Assembly: GCA_011605775.1 (NCBI GenBank)
Contig: JAAOZN010000008.1
Coordinates: forward strand, 1 to 59,932
Direction: 5' to 3'
Source of the DNA: Nitrososphaerota archaeon
GTDB taxonomy: Archaea; Thermoproteota; Nitrososphaeria; Nitrososphaerales; JAAOZN01
Length of the DNA stretch: 59,932 nt
This document shows, in pieces, positions 27,800 to 36,948 of this stretch. Made by a program: the position numbers and the translations under genes. A model generated the notes under the pieces. It did no database searches. It saw nothing but the letters and a program-made list of their open reading frames with translations, and had not been told where the DNA came from. Within the stretch, counting starts at the first letter, position 1, and each line of letters opens with the position of its first letter.

Positions 27800-28801
27800 A
27801 TGTTGCCGAAAACCGCCTCCTTTTATCCGACACCCACCACAAAACAATATGTGCAGACCGCAAAACTCACATATAACATCGTCGAGGAGATAAAATACTG
27901 GAAGAAGGTTAGAGAAGCAACTATCTTAGCGCACAACTACCAGCTACCAGAGGTGCAAGATGTAGCAGACTACGTAGGCGACTCACTAGAATTAGCCAGA
28001 TATGCAGCAAACACAACCGCCAAGACCATAGTGCTCTGCGGCGTAAAGTTCATGGCTGAAACAGCAGCCATACTCAACCCAGACAAAACCGTACTCATAC
28101 CAGATCTGAACGCAGGCTGCTCACTATGCGATACCATAAACGTAGAGCAGCTCAGAGCCTGGAAGAAGAAGCACCCAGACGCAGTCATAGTAGCGTACGT
28201 AAACACCACCGCAGAAGTAAAGGCCGAAAGCGACTACTGCTGCACATCCAGCAACCTCCTCAAAGTTATAGAAGCCATACCGAAAGAGAAGGAGATCCTC
28301 TTCCTACCAGACATGTTCCTCGGTGCATACGCTGAAGCCAAACTTGGGCGTAGGCTTCACATATGGATGGGTGAATGCCACGTCCACGCAGGCATTAGAC
28401 CGGAAGATATTGACGCTATGAAAAGAAGGCATCCTGACGCCAAACTTCTGATACACCCTGAGTGCGGCTGTGTCAGCCAATGCCTCTACTTCTGCTCGCC
28501 AGACGGATCTAACGGGGTCTCAGTGTTATCCACGAGTGGCATGCTGAGGGAGGCTAAAACCTCGCCGGCCAAAGAGTTCATAATAGCGACTGAAGTCGGT
28601 CTCTTACATCGATTAAAGAAAGAAAACCCAGATAAAAAATTCATACCGGTCAAGGAGGACGCGGTCTGCAAATACATGAAGATGATAACCCTAGACAAAG
28701 TCCTTACATCGCTTAAAGAAATGGTCTACGTAGTCAAAGTCGACGAGGAGGTCGCTAGAAGAGCGAGGGTAGCGATAGAGAGGATGCTGCAGATCACCTA
28801 A
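27800..28801 (+). CDS. nadA: Quinolinate synthase
   Basis: ILAHNYQ, VADYVGDS, VLCGVKFMAETA, YVNT, ATEVGLLHRL and conserved Cys residues for the [4Fe-4S] cluster. Confidence 0.9.
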   Translation: MLPKTASFYPTPTTKQYVQTAKLTYNIVEEIKYWKKVREATILAHNYQLPEVQDVADYVGDSLELARYAANTTAKTIVLCGVKFMAETAAILNPDKTVLIPDLNAGCSLCDTINVEQLRAWKKKHPDAVIVAYVNTTAEVKAESDYCCTSSNLLKVIEAIPKEKEILFLPDMFLGAYAEAKLGRRLHIWMGECHVHAGIRPEDIDAMKRRHPDAKLLIHPECGCVSQCLYFCSPDGSNGVSVLSTSGMLREAKTSPAKEFIIATEVGLLHRLKKENPDKKFIPVKEDAVCKYMKMITLDKVLTSLKEMVYVVKVDEEVARRARVAIERMLQIT

Positions 28802-28848
28802 CAAGCACCAGAAGGAAGCGAGCAAGTTTTTCAGAGAGCGGGTAAGGT

Positions 28849-28863
28849 AAAGTATTTATTTAG
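28849..28863 (+). promoter_or_regulatory. TATA-box-like element AAAGTATTTATTTAG upstream of the ribosomal-protein operon
   Basis: This is the only AT-rich box in the 99-nt spacer, about 44 nt upstream of the uL22 start (TTG 28900). Confidence 0.35.
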
Positions 28864-28899
28864 TGGTGTGACGGGTCAAGTCTAGATTGGGGTTCCATA

Positions 28900-29361
28900 T
28901 TGCCAGAATCCGGCTACAGCTTCAAAGAATACGACCCTCTCATACACGTGCGCGCCAGTAGGCGCGAAGTAGATGTTAGCCCAAAGGCTGCAACCGAGGT
29001 CTGCGCCTTTATAAAAGGTAAGACTCTTCCTGAGGCAAAGCGTCTATTAGAGGAGGTTATCGCGAAGAAGCGTGTCGTGCCTTTTAGAAAGTATAAAAGA
29101 GATTTGGGCCATAAATCCGGTTTAGAGAAGTTTTATGCTGGAAGATACCCTGTTAAAGCCGCCAAAGAGGTGCTTGCTGCTCTTGAAAACTTGGAGGCGA
29201 ACGCAGAATTCAAAGGGTTTGATACCGATAATCTTATTATAGTGCACGCTGCTGCGCAACGAGGTAGAAAGGTTAGGAGTTACATACCTAGGGCCTTCGG
29301 GCGCTCAAGCCCCAGCTTCAACACACTAACCCACATCGAGGTTGTAGGTAAGGTGGTCTAG
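28900..29361 (+). CDS. rpl22: 50S ribosomal protein uL22
   Basis: The translation (ASRREVDVSPKAATEVCAFIKGK...) and its first position in the conserved S10/spc-type operon order support uL22. Confidence 0.9.
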   Translation: MPESGYSFKEYDPLIHVRASRREVDVSPKAATEVCAFIKGKTLPEAKRLLEEVIAKKRVVPFRKYKRDLGHKSGLEKFYAGRYPVKAAKEVLAALENLEANAEFKGFDTDNLIIVHAAAQRGRKVRSYIPRAFGRSSPSFNTLTHIEVVGKVV

Positions 29362-29363
29362 AT

Positions 29364-29987
29364 ATGTCTGCCATCAAAAACGTGATGAAGAGCTATATAC
29401 GGAATGCCGAGATCGACGAGTTTCTTCAGCAAGAGCTGGCTGACGCTGGATACGGTGCATCAGACATACTTAAGACACCTATCGGTACGAGGATCACAGT
29501 CTACGTCACAAGACCCGGTTTAGTAATCGGTAGAAGGGGCCTAGGGATCAAAGAGCTGACAGAAAAGCTAGAGAAAAAGTTCAACCTACCGAACCCACAG
29601 ATCTCAGTCGCAGAAGTCGAGATACCTGAGCTGAACCCCCTCATAATGTGCAAAAGAATAGCGCAGATGGTTCAAAAAGGCACACCCTTCAGAAGGGCTG
29701 CCCTCTGGGCGCTGAACTCTATTATGGCTGCTGGAGCGATGGGTGCTGAGATTAAGATCGCTGGTAAGCTGAGGAGCGAGAGGGCGAACTTTGAGAAGTA
29801 TCGAGCAGGGGTTCTGCCGAAAAGCGGCGATCCAGCTGAGAAGATGGTGAGGGAGGCTACTACACACGTGTTGCTGAAGATGGGGCTCTACGGCATCAAA
29901 GTTAAGATCGCGCTAAAAGACCTTGTGCCCCCGGAGTTTGAGTTAAAAGAAGGAGGTGGAGAGGTTGGCCAAGCTCAAGCCAGCTGA
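29364..29987 (+). CDS. rps3: 30S ribosomal protein uS3
   Basis: KH-domain region RITVYVTRPGLVIGRRG..I..L and a C-terminal S3 domain. It follows uL22. Confidence 0.9.
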   Translation: MSAIKNVMKSYIRNAEIDEFLQQELADAGYGASDILKTPIGTRITVYVTRPGLVIGRRGLGIKELTEKLEKKFNLPNPQISVAEVEIPELNPLIMCKRIAQMVQKGTPFRRAALWALNSIMAAGAMGAEIKIAGKLRSERANFEKYRAGVLPKSGDPAEKMVREATTHVLLKMGLYGIKVKIALKDLVPPEFELKEGGGEVGQAQAS

Positions 29988-30174
29988 GTTGAGGAAGATG
30001 GATTACAAGGAGTTGGCGTCTAAAGCGCAGGAGCTCAGAAGCGAGCTTCTTCGCCTACGAACAGCAGCGGCTAGAGGCACGCTTAGGAAGGAGTCTGGCA
30101 AGATTAGAAGTGTTAGGCGAACTCTAGCTAGAGTTCTGACCATAATGAGGGAGAAGGAGCTAGCTGGCAAGTGA
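29956..30174 (+). CDS. rpl29: 50S ribosomal protein uL29
   Basis: 72-aa helical protein (ELRSELLRLRTAAARG) in the position after uS3. Confidence 0.85.
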   Translation: MERLAKLKPAELRKMDYKELASKAQELRSELLRLRTAAARGTLRKESGKIRSVRRTLARVLTIMREKELAGK

Positions 30175-30185
30175 GGCGGAGGTAG

Positions 30186-30467
30186 ATGAAGATAAAACCA
30201 TCAAATATCTTGGCGCATGAGTTGATCGGGCTTGACGTCAAAGTGGTAGATAGCCGAGACTCCACACTTAACAACGTCGAAGGTATGGTCGTCTACGAAA
30301 CCAAGAAGACGCTACAGATCTATTCTGCTGGGCGTATAAAGACGCTACCGAAGGATGTTTGCAGATTTGCCTTCCAGCTGCCTCAAGGTGTTGTGGAGGT
30401 TGAAGGAGCTAAGCTCGTAGCGAGGCCTGAAGATAGGGTAAAGAGGTTGAAGGTGAGGGTTAAATGA
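30186..30467 (+). CDS. rnp1: RNase P protein component 1 (Rpp29/Pop4 homologue)
   Basis: 93 aa. HELIGLDVKVVDS...GMVVYETKKTL shows the Sm-like fold signature, and the gene sits in the conserved archaeal position between uL29 and uS17. Confidence 0.8.
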   Translation: MKIKPSNILAHELIGLDVKVVDSRDSTLNNVEGMVVYETKKTLQIYSAGRIKTLPKDVCRFAFQLPQGVVEVEGAKLVARPEDRVKRLKVRVK

Positions 30468-30787
30468 GGCGCATAGGAATAGATGTTGAACCACCTAAGA
30501 AGAGCTGCACAGACGAGCTATGTCCTTTCCACGGTAAACTTAGTATAAGGGGTAGGTTGATAAAAGGTAAAGCGGTAAGCGTTAAAGCGAAGAACACAGT
30601 GGTTGTGGAGAAGGAGTATCTTCACTACATCCCCAAGTATATGAGGTATGAGCGGAGGAGGAGCAAGATTCACGCCCATCTACCGCCTTGCATCGATGTA
30701 AAAGAGGGGGATACTTTGCAGATAGCCGAATGCAGACCTCTGGCGAAATCGGTTGCCTTTGTGGTCATAAGTAAGGAGAGTGAGTAG
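30464..30787 (+). CDS. rps17: 30S ribosomal protein uS17
   Basis: CTDELCPFHGKLSIRGR...V..E...Y..KY.RYERR.SKIHAH matches the archaeal S17 pattern. Confidence 0.9.
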   Translation: MRRIGIDVEPPKKSCTDELCPFHGKLSIRGRLIKGKAVSVKAKNTVVVEKEYLHYIPKYMRYERRRSKIHAHLPPCIDVKEGDTLQIAECRPLAKSVAFVVISKESE

Positions 30788-31220
30788 GTTGTCTAAGTCA
30801 CGCGCGGTTTCAGCTAAAGGTGTGGCTGAGTTCAAGCTATACATAACTAAAGCCATACCAGCTAACGCCATACTCAATTGCGCGGACAACACTGGTGCAA
30901 AGACGCTTAAACTCGTTCAAGTAACTAAGTTTAAAGGTAGGCTTAGGAGAATCCCCGCAGCCGCTGTGGGTGATCATGTTACTGTTGTTGTTAAGAAGGG
31001 CAATCCTGAGCTGCGTAAACAGGTCTTCGGCGCGGTTATAGTTAGGCAGAAGTATCCTATAAGAAGGGCTAGTGGTCTAAGGGTGAGCTTTGAGGACAAC
31101 GCTGCTGTACTAGTTACACCTGAGGGCGACCTTAAAGGTACTGACATAAAGGGTCCTGTGGCTGCTGAGGCTGCTGAGAGGTGGCCTAGGATAGCTAACC
31201 TAGCGCCTATGATTGTGTAG
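30780..31220 (+). CDS. rpl14: 50S ribosomal protein uL14
   Basis: LNCADNTGAK...VVVKKG.PE.R and a C-terminal GPVA.E. The exact start codon is uncertain. Confidence 0.9.
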   Translation: MSRLSKSRAVSAKGVAEFKLYITKAIPANAILNCADNTGAKTLKLVQVTKFKGRLRRIPAAAVGDHVTVVVKKGNPELRKQVFGAVIVRQKYPIRRASGLRVSFEDNAAVLVTPEGDLKGTDIKGPVAAEAAERWPRIANLAPMIV

Positions 31221-31231
31221 TGGTGTGATAT

Positions 31232-31588
31232 ATGGTGAGCAGAGCTACTCTTAAAACGCTTCCTCATCACAAGCGTGGTAAGATGCTTTCAGCACACCTC
31301 TCAGACGAGCTTAGGGCAAAGTATGGGACAAGATCTCTTCCAATAAGGAAAGGTGATACCGTTAAGATTATGCGTGGTGAATACGCGGGTGTAGAGGGCA
31401 AGGTCATCGCAGTGTATCGTGAAATGGGTAGAATAGCAGTGGAAGGGGTGACACGGGAGAAGATCGCTGGTGGCACAGCACCAGTAAAGATACACGCCTC
31501 CAAAGTTATGATTACAGCCCTCAACCTAGACGACAAATGGAGACAGAAGATACTTGAGCGCAGAGGAGGTGCAAAGAAAGTTGGGTAA
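31232..31588 (+). CDS. rpl24: 50S ribosomal protein uL24
   Basis: KOW motif IRKGDTVKIMRGEYAGVEGKV, in operon position after uL14. Confidence 0.9.
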   Translation: MVSRATLKTLPHHKRGKMLSAHLSDELRAKYGTRSLPIRKGDTVKIMRGEYAGVEGKVIAVYREMGRIAVEGVTREKIAGGTAPVKIHASKVMITALNLDDKWRQKILERRGGAKKVG

Positions 31589-31589
31589 G

Positions 31590-32306
31590 ATGGGCGGCTC
31601 AAATAGGGCGAAGAGATCTACCGCCCCACCTTTCTGGCCTATACCCAGAAAAGTGAAAGAATTCACGATCAAAACAAGCCCAGGCCCACATGGCAAGGAC
31701 AGAAGCTATGCTCTTGGTGTGCTAATTAGAGATGTGCTTCACCTAGTTAACACTTACCGTGAAGCTAGGTTCGTTGCAAATTCTGGTAAGGTGCGTGTAG
31801 ATGGCGTAGTTAGGCGTGACCTTGATTTTCCTGTTGGTTTGATGGATGTTATAGAGTTTGATGGTTTGGGTAAGGTTTATCGTCTTGTTCCTCGTGATGG
31901 AAAACCGCTGGAGCCGATTGAGATACCTGTGGAGGAGAAGAGCCTCAAGCTCTGTAAGATAATTAATAAGGTTACTGTTCGGGGTGGTGTCATACAATAC
32001 ACCTTGCACGATGGGCGCTGTATATTGGATAGGGAAGACCTCGCGCTTAGGGTTGGTGATGCCTGTTTAATAGAAGTCCCTTCACAGAAGATTATAAATA
32101 CCGTAAGTATGAAGAAAGGTGTACGTGTGCTGGTTATCGGTGGTGAGCGTGCTGGTCTCCAAGGCTACATCGAGGAGCTCAAGCCAGGAACGTTTACTAG
32201 AAAACCTATGGCTACTCTCAATATAGGTACAGAAAGTGTAGAACTACCTACCAGCCTGCTTATGCCAGTGGGGGGAGACAGACCACTCATATACGTAGGA
32301 GGTTAG
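31590..32306 (+). CDS. rps4e: 30S ribosomal protein eS4
   Basis: STAPPFWPIPRK, S4-domain and KOW regions. The ATG at 31590 lies immediately after the uL24 stop. Confidence 0.9.
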   Translation: MGGSNRAKRSTAPPFWPIPRKVKEFTIKTSPGPHGKDRSYALGVLIRDVLHLVNTYREARFVANSGKVRVDGVVRRDLDFPVGLMDVIEFDGLGKVYRLVPRDGKPLEPIEIPVEEKSLKLCKIINKVTVRGGVIQYTLHDGRCILDREDLALRVGDACLIEVPSQKIINTVSMKKGVRVLVIGGERAGLQGYIEELKPGTFTRKPMATLNIGTESVELPTSLLMPVGGDRPLIYVGG

Positions 32307-32313
32307 TGAGCCC

Positions 32314-32841
32314 ATGTCAACGGTTCAAATCACCGAAAATCCTATGCGCAGAATGAGGGTAGAAAAAGTTGTGGTAAACATAGGGGTAGGTAAGTCAGGT
32401 GAACCGCTTCAGAGAGCTTCAATGGTGCTAGAGGAGCTCTTTGGACAGAAACCGAGTGTTAGAAAAGCGAGGAAGACGATAAGGGACTTCGGGGTCAGAA
32501 GAGGAGAGCCGATAGGCGTCGTTGTGACGCTGAGAGGAGAAAGGGCCGTCGAGGCTTTAAAGAGGCTTCTTCAAGCAAAAGGCAATACCATCCCCGCCTC
32601 TAGCTTTGACGAAAACGGAAGCGTATCCTTCGGGATAAAGGAGCATATAGATATCCCTGGTGTGAAATACAAACCTGAGTTAGGCATTTTCGGCATGAAC
32701 GTTTCAGTATTCATTACAAGACCTGGCTACCGAGTGATGTATCGTAAGCGCGCCCCCTCTAAAGTTGGAAGTGCACATAGGGTCAAAAAAGAGGAAGCTA
32801 TAGAATTCCTGAAGTCAAATTTTGGTGTGGAGGTGGTTTAA
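32314..32841 (+). CDS. rpl5: 50S ribosomal protein uL5
   Basis: [28 protein letters not shown] and [10 protein letters not shown]. Confidence 0.9.
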   Translation: MSTVQITENPMRRMRVEKVVVNIGVGKSGEPLQRASMVLEELFGQKPSVRKARKTIRDFGVRRGEPIGVVVTLRGERAVEALKRLLQAKGNTIPASSFDENGSVSFGIKEHIDIPGVKYKPELGIFGMNVSVFITRPGYRVMYRKRAPSKVGSAHRVKKEEAIEFLKSNFGVEVV

Positions 32842-32842
32842 G

Positions 32843-33004
32843 TTGAAAGAGAGGCACGGCAAACCTAGGAAGTTCGGTAAAGGCGCTCGTTGGTGCAAAA
32901 GATGCGGGCAGTATAATGCTCTCGTAAGAAAATATAATCTCACCCTGTGTAGACAGTGCTTCAGAGAGGTCGCTGAAAAGCTAGGCTTCAAGAAATATGA
33001 GTAG
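32843..33004 (+). CDS. rps14: 30S ribosomal protein uS14 (zinc-binding type)
   Basis: [33 protein letters not shown] has the CxxC...CxxC zinc ribbon. The TTG at 32843 gives the usual ~53 aa. Confidence 0.85.
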   Translation: MKERHGKPRKFGKGARWCKRCGQYNALVRKYNLTLCRQCFREVAEKLGFKKYE

Positions 33005-33013
33005 GTGGTGGCT

Positions 33014-33406
33014 ATGCCTGCGCAAAACGTGCTCGCGAACCTCTTCTCAACAATCTACAACAACGAAATGAGAAATAAGAAGGAATGCATCGTCATACCA
33101 GCCTCCAAGCTAGCTAGCGAGGTACTTAGAACGATGCAGCGCTACAAGTATATAGGTGAGTTTGAGTTTATTGATGATGGGTTAGCGGGTAAGTTCAGAA
33201 TTCAGCTGCTTGGGCGAATCAATAAATGCGGTGTTATCACGCCTCGGTTTAGCGTCTCTAAGAATGAATTTAGCAAATGGGAGCAGAGGTTCCTACCAGC
33301 CGTTGGTGTAGGAATACTAATAGTTACAACACCAAAAGGTGTGATGTCACACTACGAAGCCGTGGAGAAAGGTGTAGGGGGTAGGCTTCTTGGCTACGTC
33401 TACTAA
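33014..33406 (+). CDS. rps8: 30S ribosomal protein uS8
   Basis: [18 protein letters not shown] and a C-terminal [12 protein letters not shown] 33005 is an alternative start. Confidence 0.9.
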   Translation: MPAQNVLANLFSTIYNNEMRNKKECIVIPASKLASEVLRTMQRYKYIGEFEFIDDGLAGKFRIQLLGRINKCGVITPRFSVSKNEFSKWEQRFLPAVGVGILIVTTPKGVMSHYEAVEKGVGGRLLGYVY

Positions 33407-33938
33407 ACCCTTAACCGAAGAGGTCAAGCTGCCAGAGGGTGTAAAGGCTAACCTAGAAGGCTACGTACTCCACATCAAGGGTCCGCTTGGGACTGTAAGT
33501 AGGGACTTCTCGAAGATACCTGTTAATCTTAAGGTTGAGGGTAATAAGGTGCTCATCTCGGTGCCTTCTAGTAGGAGGCGTGATAAGGCAGTGTTAGGAA
33601 CAGCCAGATCTATAGTTTCAAATATGGTGACTGGTGTTACGAAAGGATTCACCTACAAGCTTAAGATAGTTTACGCTCACTTCCCCATAACGGTTAGGGT
33701 TAAGGATAAAACCGTTTATATTGAGAACTTCTATGGTGAGCGCAGCCCGAGGACCGCAGAGATCGTAGGCGACTGTAAAGTTCAGGTGCAGGGTGAAGAT
33801 GTGATAGTCACTGGCATAAACAAAGAGCACGTAGGTGCAACCGCGGCAAACATAGAGCAGGCTACGAAGATTAAAAGAAAGGATCAGCGCGTATTCTTGG
33901 ATGGCATCTACATCTATGAGAAGGTGGTAAACCCATGA
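33390..33938 (+). CDS. rpl6: 50S ribosomal protein uL6
   Basis: Two-domain L6 pattern (L.IKGPLG...., YAHFPI) in operon position after uS8. Confidence 0.9.
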   Translation: MATSTKPLTEEVKLPEGVKANLEGYVLHIKGPLGTVSRDFSKIPVNLKVEGNKVLISVPSSRRRDKAVLGTARSIVSNMVTGVTKGFTYKLKIVYAHFPITVRVKDKTVYIENFYGERSPRTAEIVGDCKVQVQGEDVIVTGINKEHVGATAANIEQATKIKRKDQRVFLDGIYIYEKVVNP

Positions 33939-34339
33939 GTGGTAGAGCTGACATCAAAGAACTACTCAAACTTCGGGAAGAGATCGCATCGAGGCGCCCA
34001 AGTTTTGTTAGGCAAGAGTGTTGGAGGTATAAGAGGGTTAAGCCATCATGGCGTAAACCTAAGGGTATAGATAGTAAGATGAGGCTTCGAGTTAAAGGTT
34101 GGCCTAAGATAGTGAAGATCGGTTACAGAGGACCAGCGGCCGTTAGGGAGCTGCATCCAAGCGGCTTTAGAGATGTGCTTGTGTATAACGCTTCTGACCT
34201 AGAGCGCCTTAACCCAGAAACGGACGCTGCTAGAATAGCCCATACGGTAGGTGCTAGAAAGAGGATGGAGATACTAGCGAAGGCGAAAGAGTTGGGCATA
34301 AAGGTTCTTAACCCAACTGGTGTGAAACGAGGAGGCTAG
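33935..34339 (+). CDS. rpl32e: 50S ribosomal protein eL32
   Basis: FVRQECWRYKRVKPSWRKPKGIDSKMR and PSGF..VLVYN. Confidence 0.9.
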   Translation: MSGRADIKELLKLREEIASRRPSFVRQECWRYKRVKPSWRKPKGIDSKMRLRVKGWPKIVKIGYRGPAAVRELHPSGFRDVLVYNASDLERLNPETDAARIAHTVGARKRMEILAKAKELGIKVLNPTGVKRGG

Positions 34340-34343
34340 GTCT

Positions 34344-34775
34344 ATGGATCTCAGCGCAAAGAAGAGGCTTGCCGCAGAAGTATTGAAGGTTGGGGTGAGT
34401 AGAGTTAGGTTCGACCCTGATGCAGCGGAAGAGATAGCGGACGCCATAACCCGAGCCTCCATAAGAGATTTGATCAAAAAAGGTGTGATCTGGGCTGAGC
34501 CTAAAAAGGGTGTATCGAGAGGCAGGCACCGCTTGGATAAAAAGAAGTCTAAACGCGGGCCAGGCAGCAAAAAAGGCGCTAAAACCGCTAGAGCTGGTAA
34601 GAAGGAGCTGTGGGTTACCCGTGTAAGGGCGTTGAGACGTAGACTCAAGTTGCTTAGAGATAGAGGTGTTATAACAGGTAAAGTCTTTGACCAGCTGTAC
34701 CGTCAGATCAAAGGCGGGCAGGTAAGAAGCATACGCCATCTAAACGAGTTGGTTAAAGAAGTGAGTAAAGCATGA
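34344..34775 (+). CDS. rpl19e: 50S ribosomal protein eL19
   Basis: KRLAAEVLKVGVSRVRFDP plus a basic helical C-terminus. Confidence 0.9.
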   Translation: MDLSAKKRLAAEVLKVGVSRVRFDPDAAEEIADAITRASIRDLIKKGVIWAEPKKGVSRGRHRLDKKKSKRGPGSKKGAKTARAGKKELWVTRVRALRRRLKLLRDRGVITGKVFDQLYRQIKGGQVRSIRHLNELVKEVSKA

Positions 34776-35365
34776 GCGCAGCGAAAAGCTATATACCTAT
34801 CTTCAGAAGGAGGAGAGAAGGTAAGACCGATTACAGAAAAAGGAGGCTCCTATTATACGGTAGAAAACCCTTCCTCACAGTTCACATAAGCAATTACACC
34901 ATATATGGTCAGATACATGAAGCAAAGATAGGTGGCGACATAGTTCTAACCTCGGCTAACTCGAAGGAGCTTTCAAAATACGGTTGGAAGGGCTCAAGAA
35001 AGAACACACCAGCAGCCTACCTTACAGGTCTACTATTAGGCACAAAAGCGGTAGCAAAGGGGATCAAGTATGCAGTCCTCTACCTTGGCCCCAGATCTTA
35101 TATCCAAGGCTCTAGAGTCGCAGCTTTCGTTAAAGGTGTTATTTACGCAGGTGTGGAGGTGCCTGTCGATCCAGGAACTCTACCAAGCGAAGACCGTCTG
35201 CTTGGAAAGCATATCGCCGAATACGCCAATATGCTCTTAACATCCTCTCCAGAAGCATATAAGAAGAAGTTCTCCCTCCTACTGTCCCGCCGCTTTAAGC
35301 CTGAAGAATATGTTAAGCACGCATCATCCGTTAAGACGAAGGTGTTGAAGGTGATGGCGAAGTGA
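34772..35365 (+). CDS. rpl18: 50S ribosomal protein uL18
   Basis: RRRREGKTDYRKRRLL and the position between eL19 and uS5. Confidence 0.9.
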   Translation: MSAAKSYIPIFRRRREGKTDYRKRRLLLYGRKPFLTVHISNYTIYGQIHEAKIGGDIVLTSANSKELSKYGWKGSRKNTPAAYLTGLLLGTKAVAKGIKYAVLYLGPRSYIQGSRVAAFVKGVIYAGVEVPVDPGTLPSEDRLLGKHIAEYANMLLTSSPEAYKKKFSLLLSRRFKPEEYVKHASSVKTKVLKVMAK

Positions 35366-35982
35366 GCGTAGAAGTAGGAGAGAAGCAGAGCTGGACTCCT
35401 AGAACAAAGCTCGGTATGCTGGTGCAGAGCGGGAAGATAACTTCTCTAAGCACCATCTTCGAGCAAGGGTACCGGATAAGAGAGCCTGAAATCGTCCGAA
35501 CACTCCTACCAGACCTCAAATCAGAGGTGATAAGCGCAGGCATAGTGCAGAAGCAGACCGACGCAGGAGAAATTACAAGATTCGTAGCAATAGTCGCGGT
35601 AGGCTCACCTGGCTGGTTTGGCGTTGGGAGAGGCAAAGCTATGCAGATGAGAAGTGCAATCGACAAAGCCACCAACGCTGCTCTTCTAAACATCATACCT
35701 GTTAAACTTGGGTGCGGGAGTTGGGAGTGCAGATGCTCAAGAGCACATAGTGTACCATACAAGATAGTTGGAAAGGCGGGTAGCGTAACCGTGGAGATTA
35801 TACCCGGTCCAAGAGGTCTTGGCTTAGTGGCTGGTGAAACCGTCAGAAAACTGCTCTCATTAGCTGGTGTGGTAGATGCTTGGACAAAAACCTTTGGTTC
35901 AACGAACACACCATCATCGATAACCAACGCTGTCTATGAAGCCTTCAAGAATATGCATAAGTTGAATCTGATAACTAGATAG
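35362..35982 (+). CDS. rps5: 30S ribosomal protein uS5
   Basis: VQKQTDAGEITRFVAIVAVG...GVGRGKA and a C-terminal GLVAG. Confidence 0.9.
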   Translation: MSVEVGEKQSWTPRTKLGMLVQSGKITSLSTIFEQGYRIREPEIVRTLLPDLKSEVISAGIVQKQTDAGEITRFVAIVAVGSPGWFGVGRGKAMQMRSAIDKATNAALLNIIPVKLGCGSWECRCSRAHSVPYKIVGKAGSVTVEIIPGPRGLGLVAGETVRKLLSLAGVVDAWTKTFGSTNTPSSITNAVYEAFKNMHKLNLITR

Positions 35983-36000
35983 AGGAGGGATTTACGAACC

Positions 36001-36462
36001 ATGACTTGCCTGTTGGTTGTGAGGTTAAGGGGGACCATAAACGTTCCACACTGGGCTGAAATGACCCTACGTCTCCTTAACCTCGATAAGCGATACACAG
36101 CAACATTAGTTACTGATACACCTTCAGTAAGAGGTATGCTTAAAAAAGTTAAGGATTACGTTGCTTGGTCCCCTGCAGAAGCCGAATTAATTAAAGAGCT
36201 GTTAGAGAAAAGGGGTAAAGTTTCTCGCCGGAAGCGCCTTACACTTGAAGAAGTCAGAAAACTCGGGTTCGAAGACTTTGCTTCACTAGCCGCCTCTTTG
36301 GCTGAAGGTAAGATCTCTCTAAATAAGCTTAGCTTGATAAAGCCATTCTTCACATTACACCCTCCGAGAGGAGGCTTCCCCGCTTCAAGTAGGCGGCTCT
36401 ACAGGGATGGTGTGTTAGGCGAGAACCCGGAGCTACCGAAGCTTGTTTCGAAGATGCTGTGA
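36001..36462 (+). CDS. rpl30: 50S ribosomal protein uL30
   Basis: LVVRLRGTINVPHWAEMTLRLLNL and the position after uS5. Confidence 0.85.
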   Translation: MTCLLVVRLRGTINVPHWAEMTLRLLNLDKRYTATLVTDTPSVRGMLKKVKDYVAWSPAEAELIKELLEKRGKVSRRKRLTLEEVRKLGFEDFASLAASLAEGKISLNKLSLIKPFFTLHPPRGGFPASSRRLYRDGVLGENPELPKLVSKML

Positions 36463-36536
36463 TGTATGATGCATTCTAGTAAACAGATTTATGCTAGATT
36501 CACTACCATGGCTGTGGTCGAAGAGGGTAAGTGGGT

Positions 36537-36941
36537 ATGCCGACGAGGCTTCGTAAAGTGAGGCGGCTACGCGGCTCCAGAACACACGGCTGGGGTCAGA
36601 TTGGGCAGCACAGGAAGAGCGGGCAGAAGGGAGGTACAGGTAAGGCTGGGCTGCATAAGCATAAGTGGAGCTGGACAGTTAAGTATGCACCTGACCACTT
36701 CAGCAAAGACTCTATGAAGCCTAAGCGTGAATCGAAGCCACACAGATGGATCAATGTCGGTGAGCTAGAAACCCTATCACATTCACAAAACACATCTGAA
36801 ATCAACTTGACGAGCCTAGGGTATGAGAAACTGCTTGGAGCCGGAAGAGTCAATACACCGTTAAAGGTCATAGTTAAATCATATACAGAGCAAGCGAAAG
36901 CCAAGATAGAAGCGGCTGGAGGTCAGTTAATTAAGGGTTAA
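36537..36941 (+). CDS. rpl15: 50S ribosomal protein uL15
   Basis: RKVRRLRGSRTHGWG..GQHRKSG.KGG.G.AG. GTG 36531 is an alternative start. Confidence 0.9.
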   Translation: MPTRLRKVRRLRGSRTHGWGQIGQHRKSGQKGGTGKAGLHKHKWSWTVKYAPDHFSKDSMKPKRESKPHRWINVGELETLSHSQNTSEINLTSLGYEKLLGAGRVNTPLKVIVKSYTEQAKAKIEAAGGQLIKG

Positions 36942-36948
36942 GCCGGGT

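Noticed and set aside
35331-35927. 198-aa ORF antisense to the uS5 gene
   Set aside because: It is embedded in a highly conserved ribosomal-protein gene, and its translation has no recognisable features. It is a typical shadow ORF.
36463-36536. Spacer between uL30 and uL15 (contains GTGATGTATGATGC), inspected for a small RNA
   Set aside because: I saw no D box, no stable hairpin and no tRNA-like structure. It is probably just an intercistronic spacer with the uL15 ribosome-binding region.
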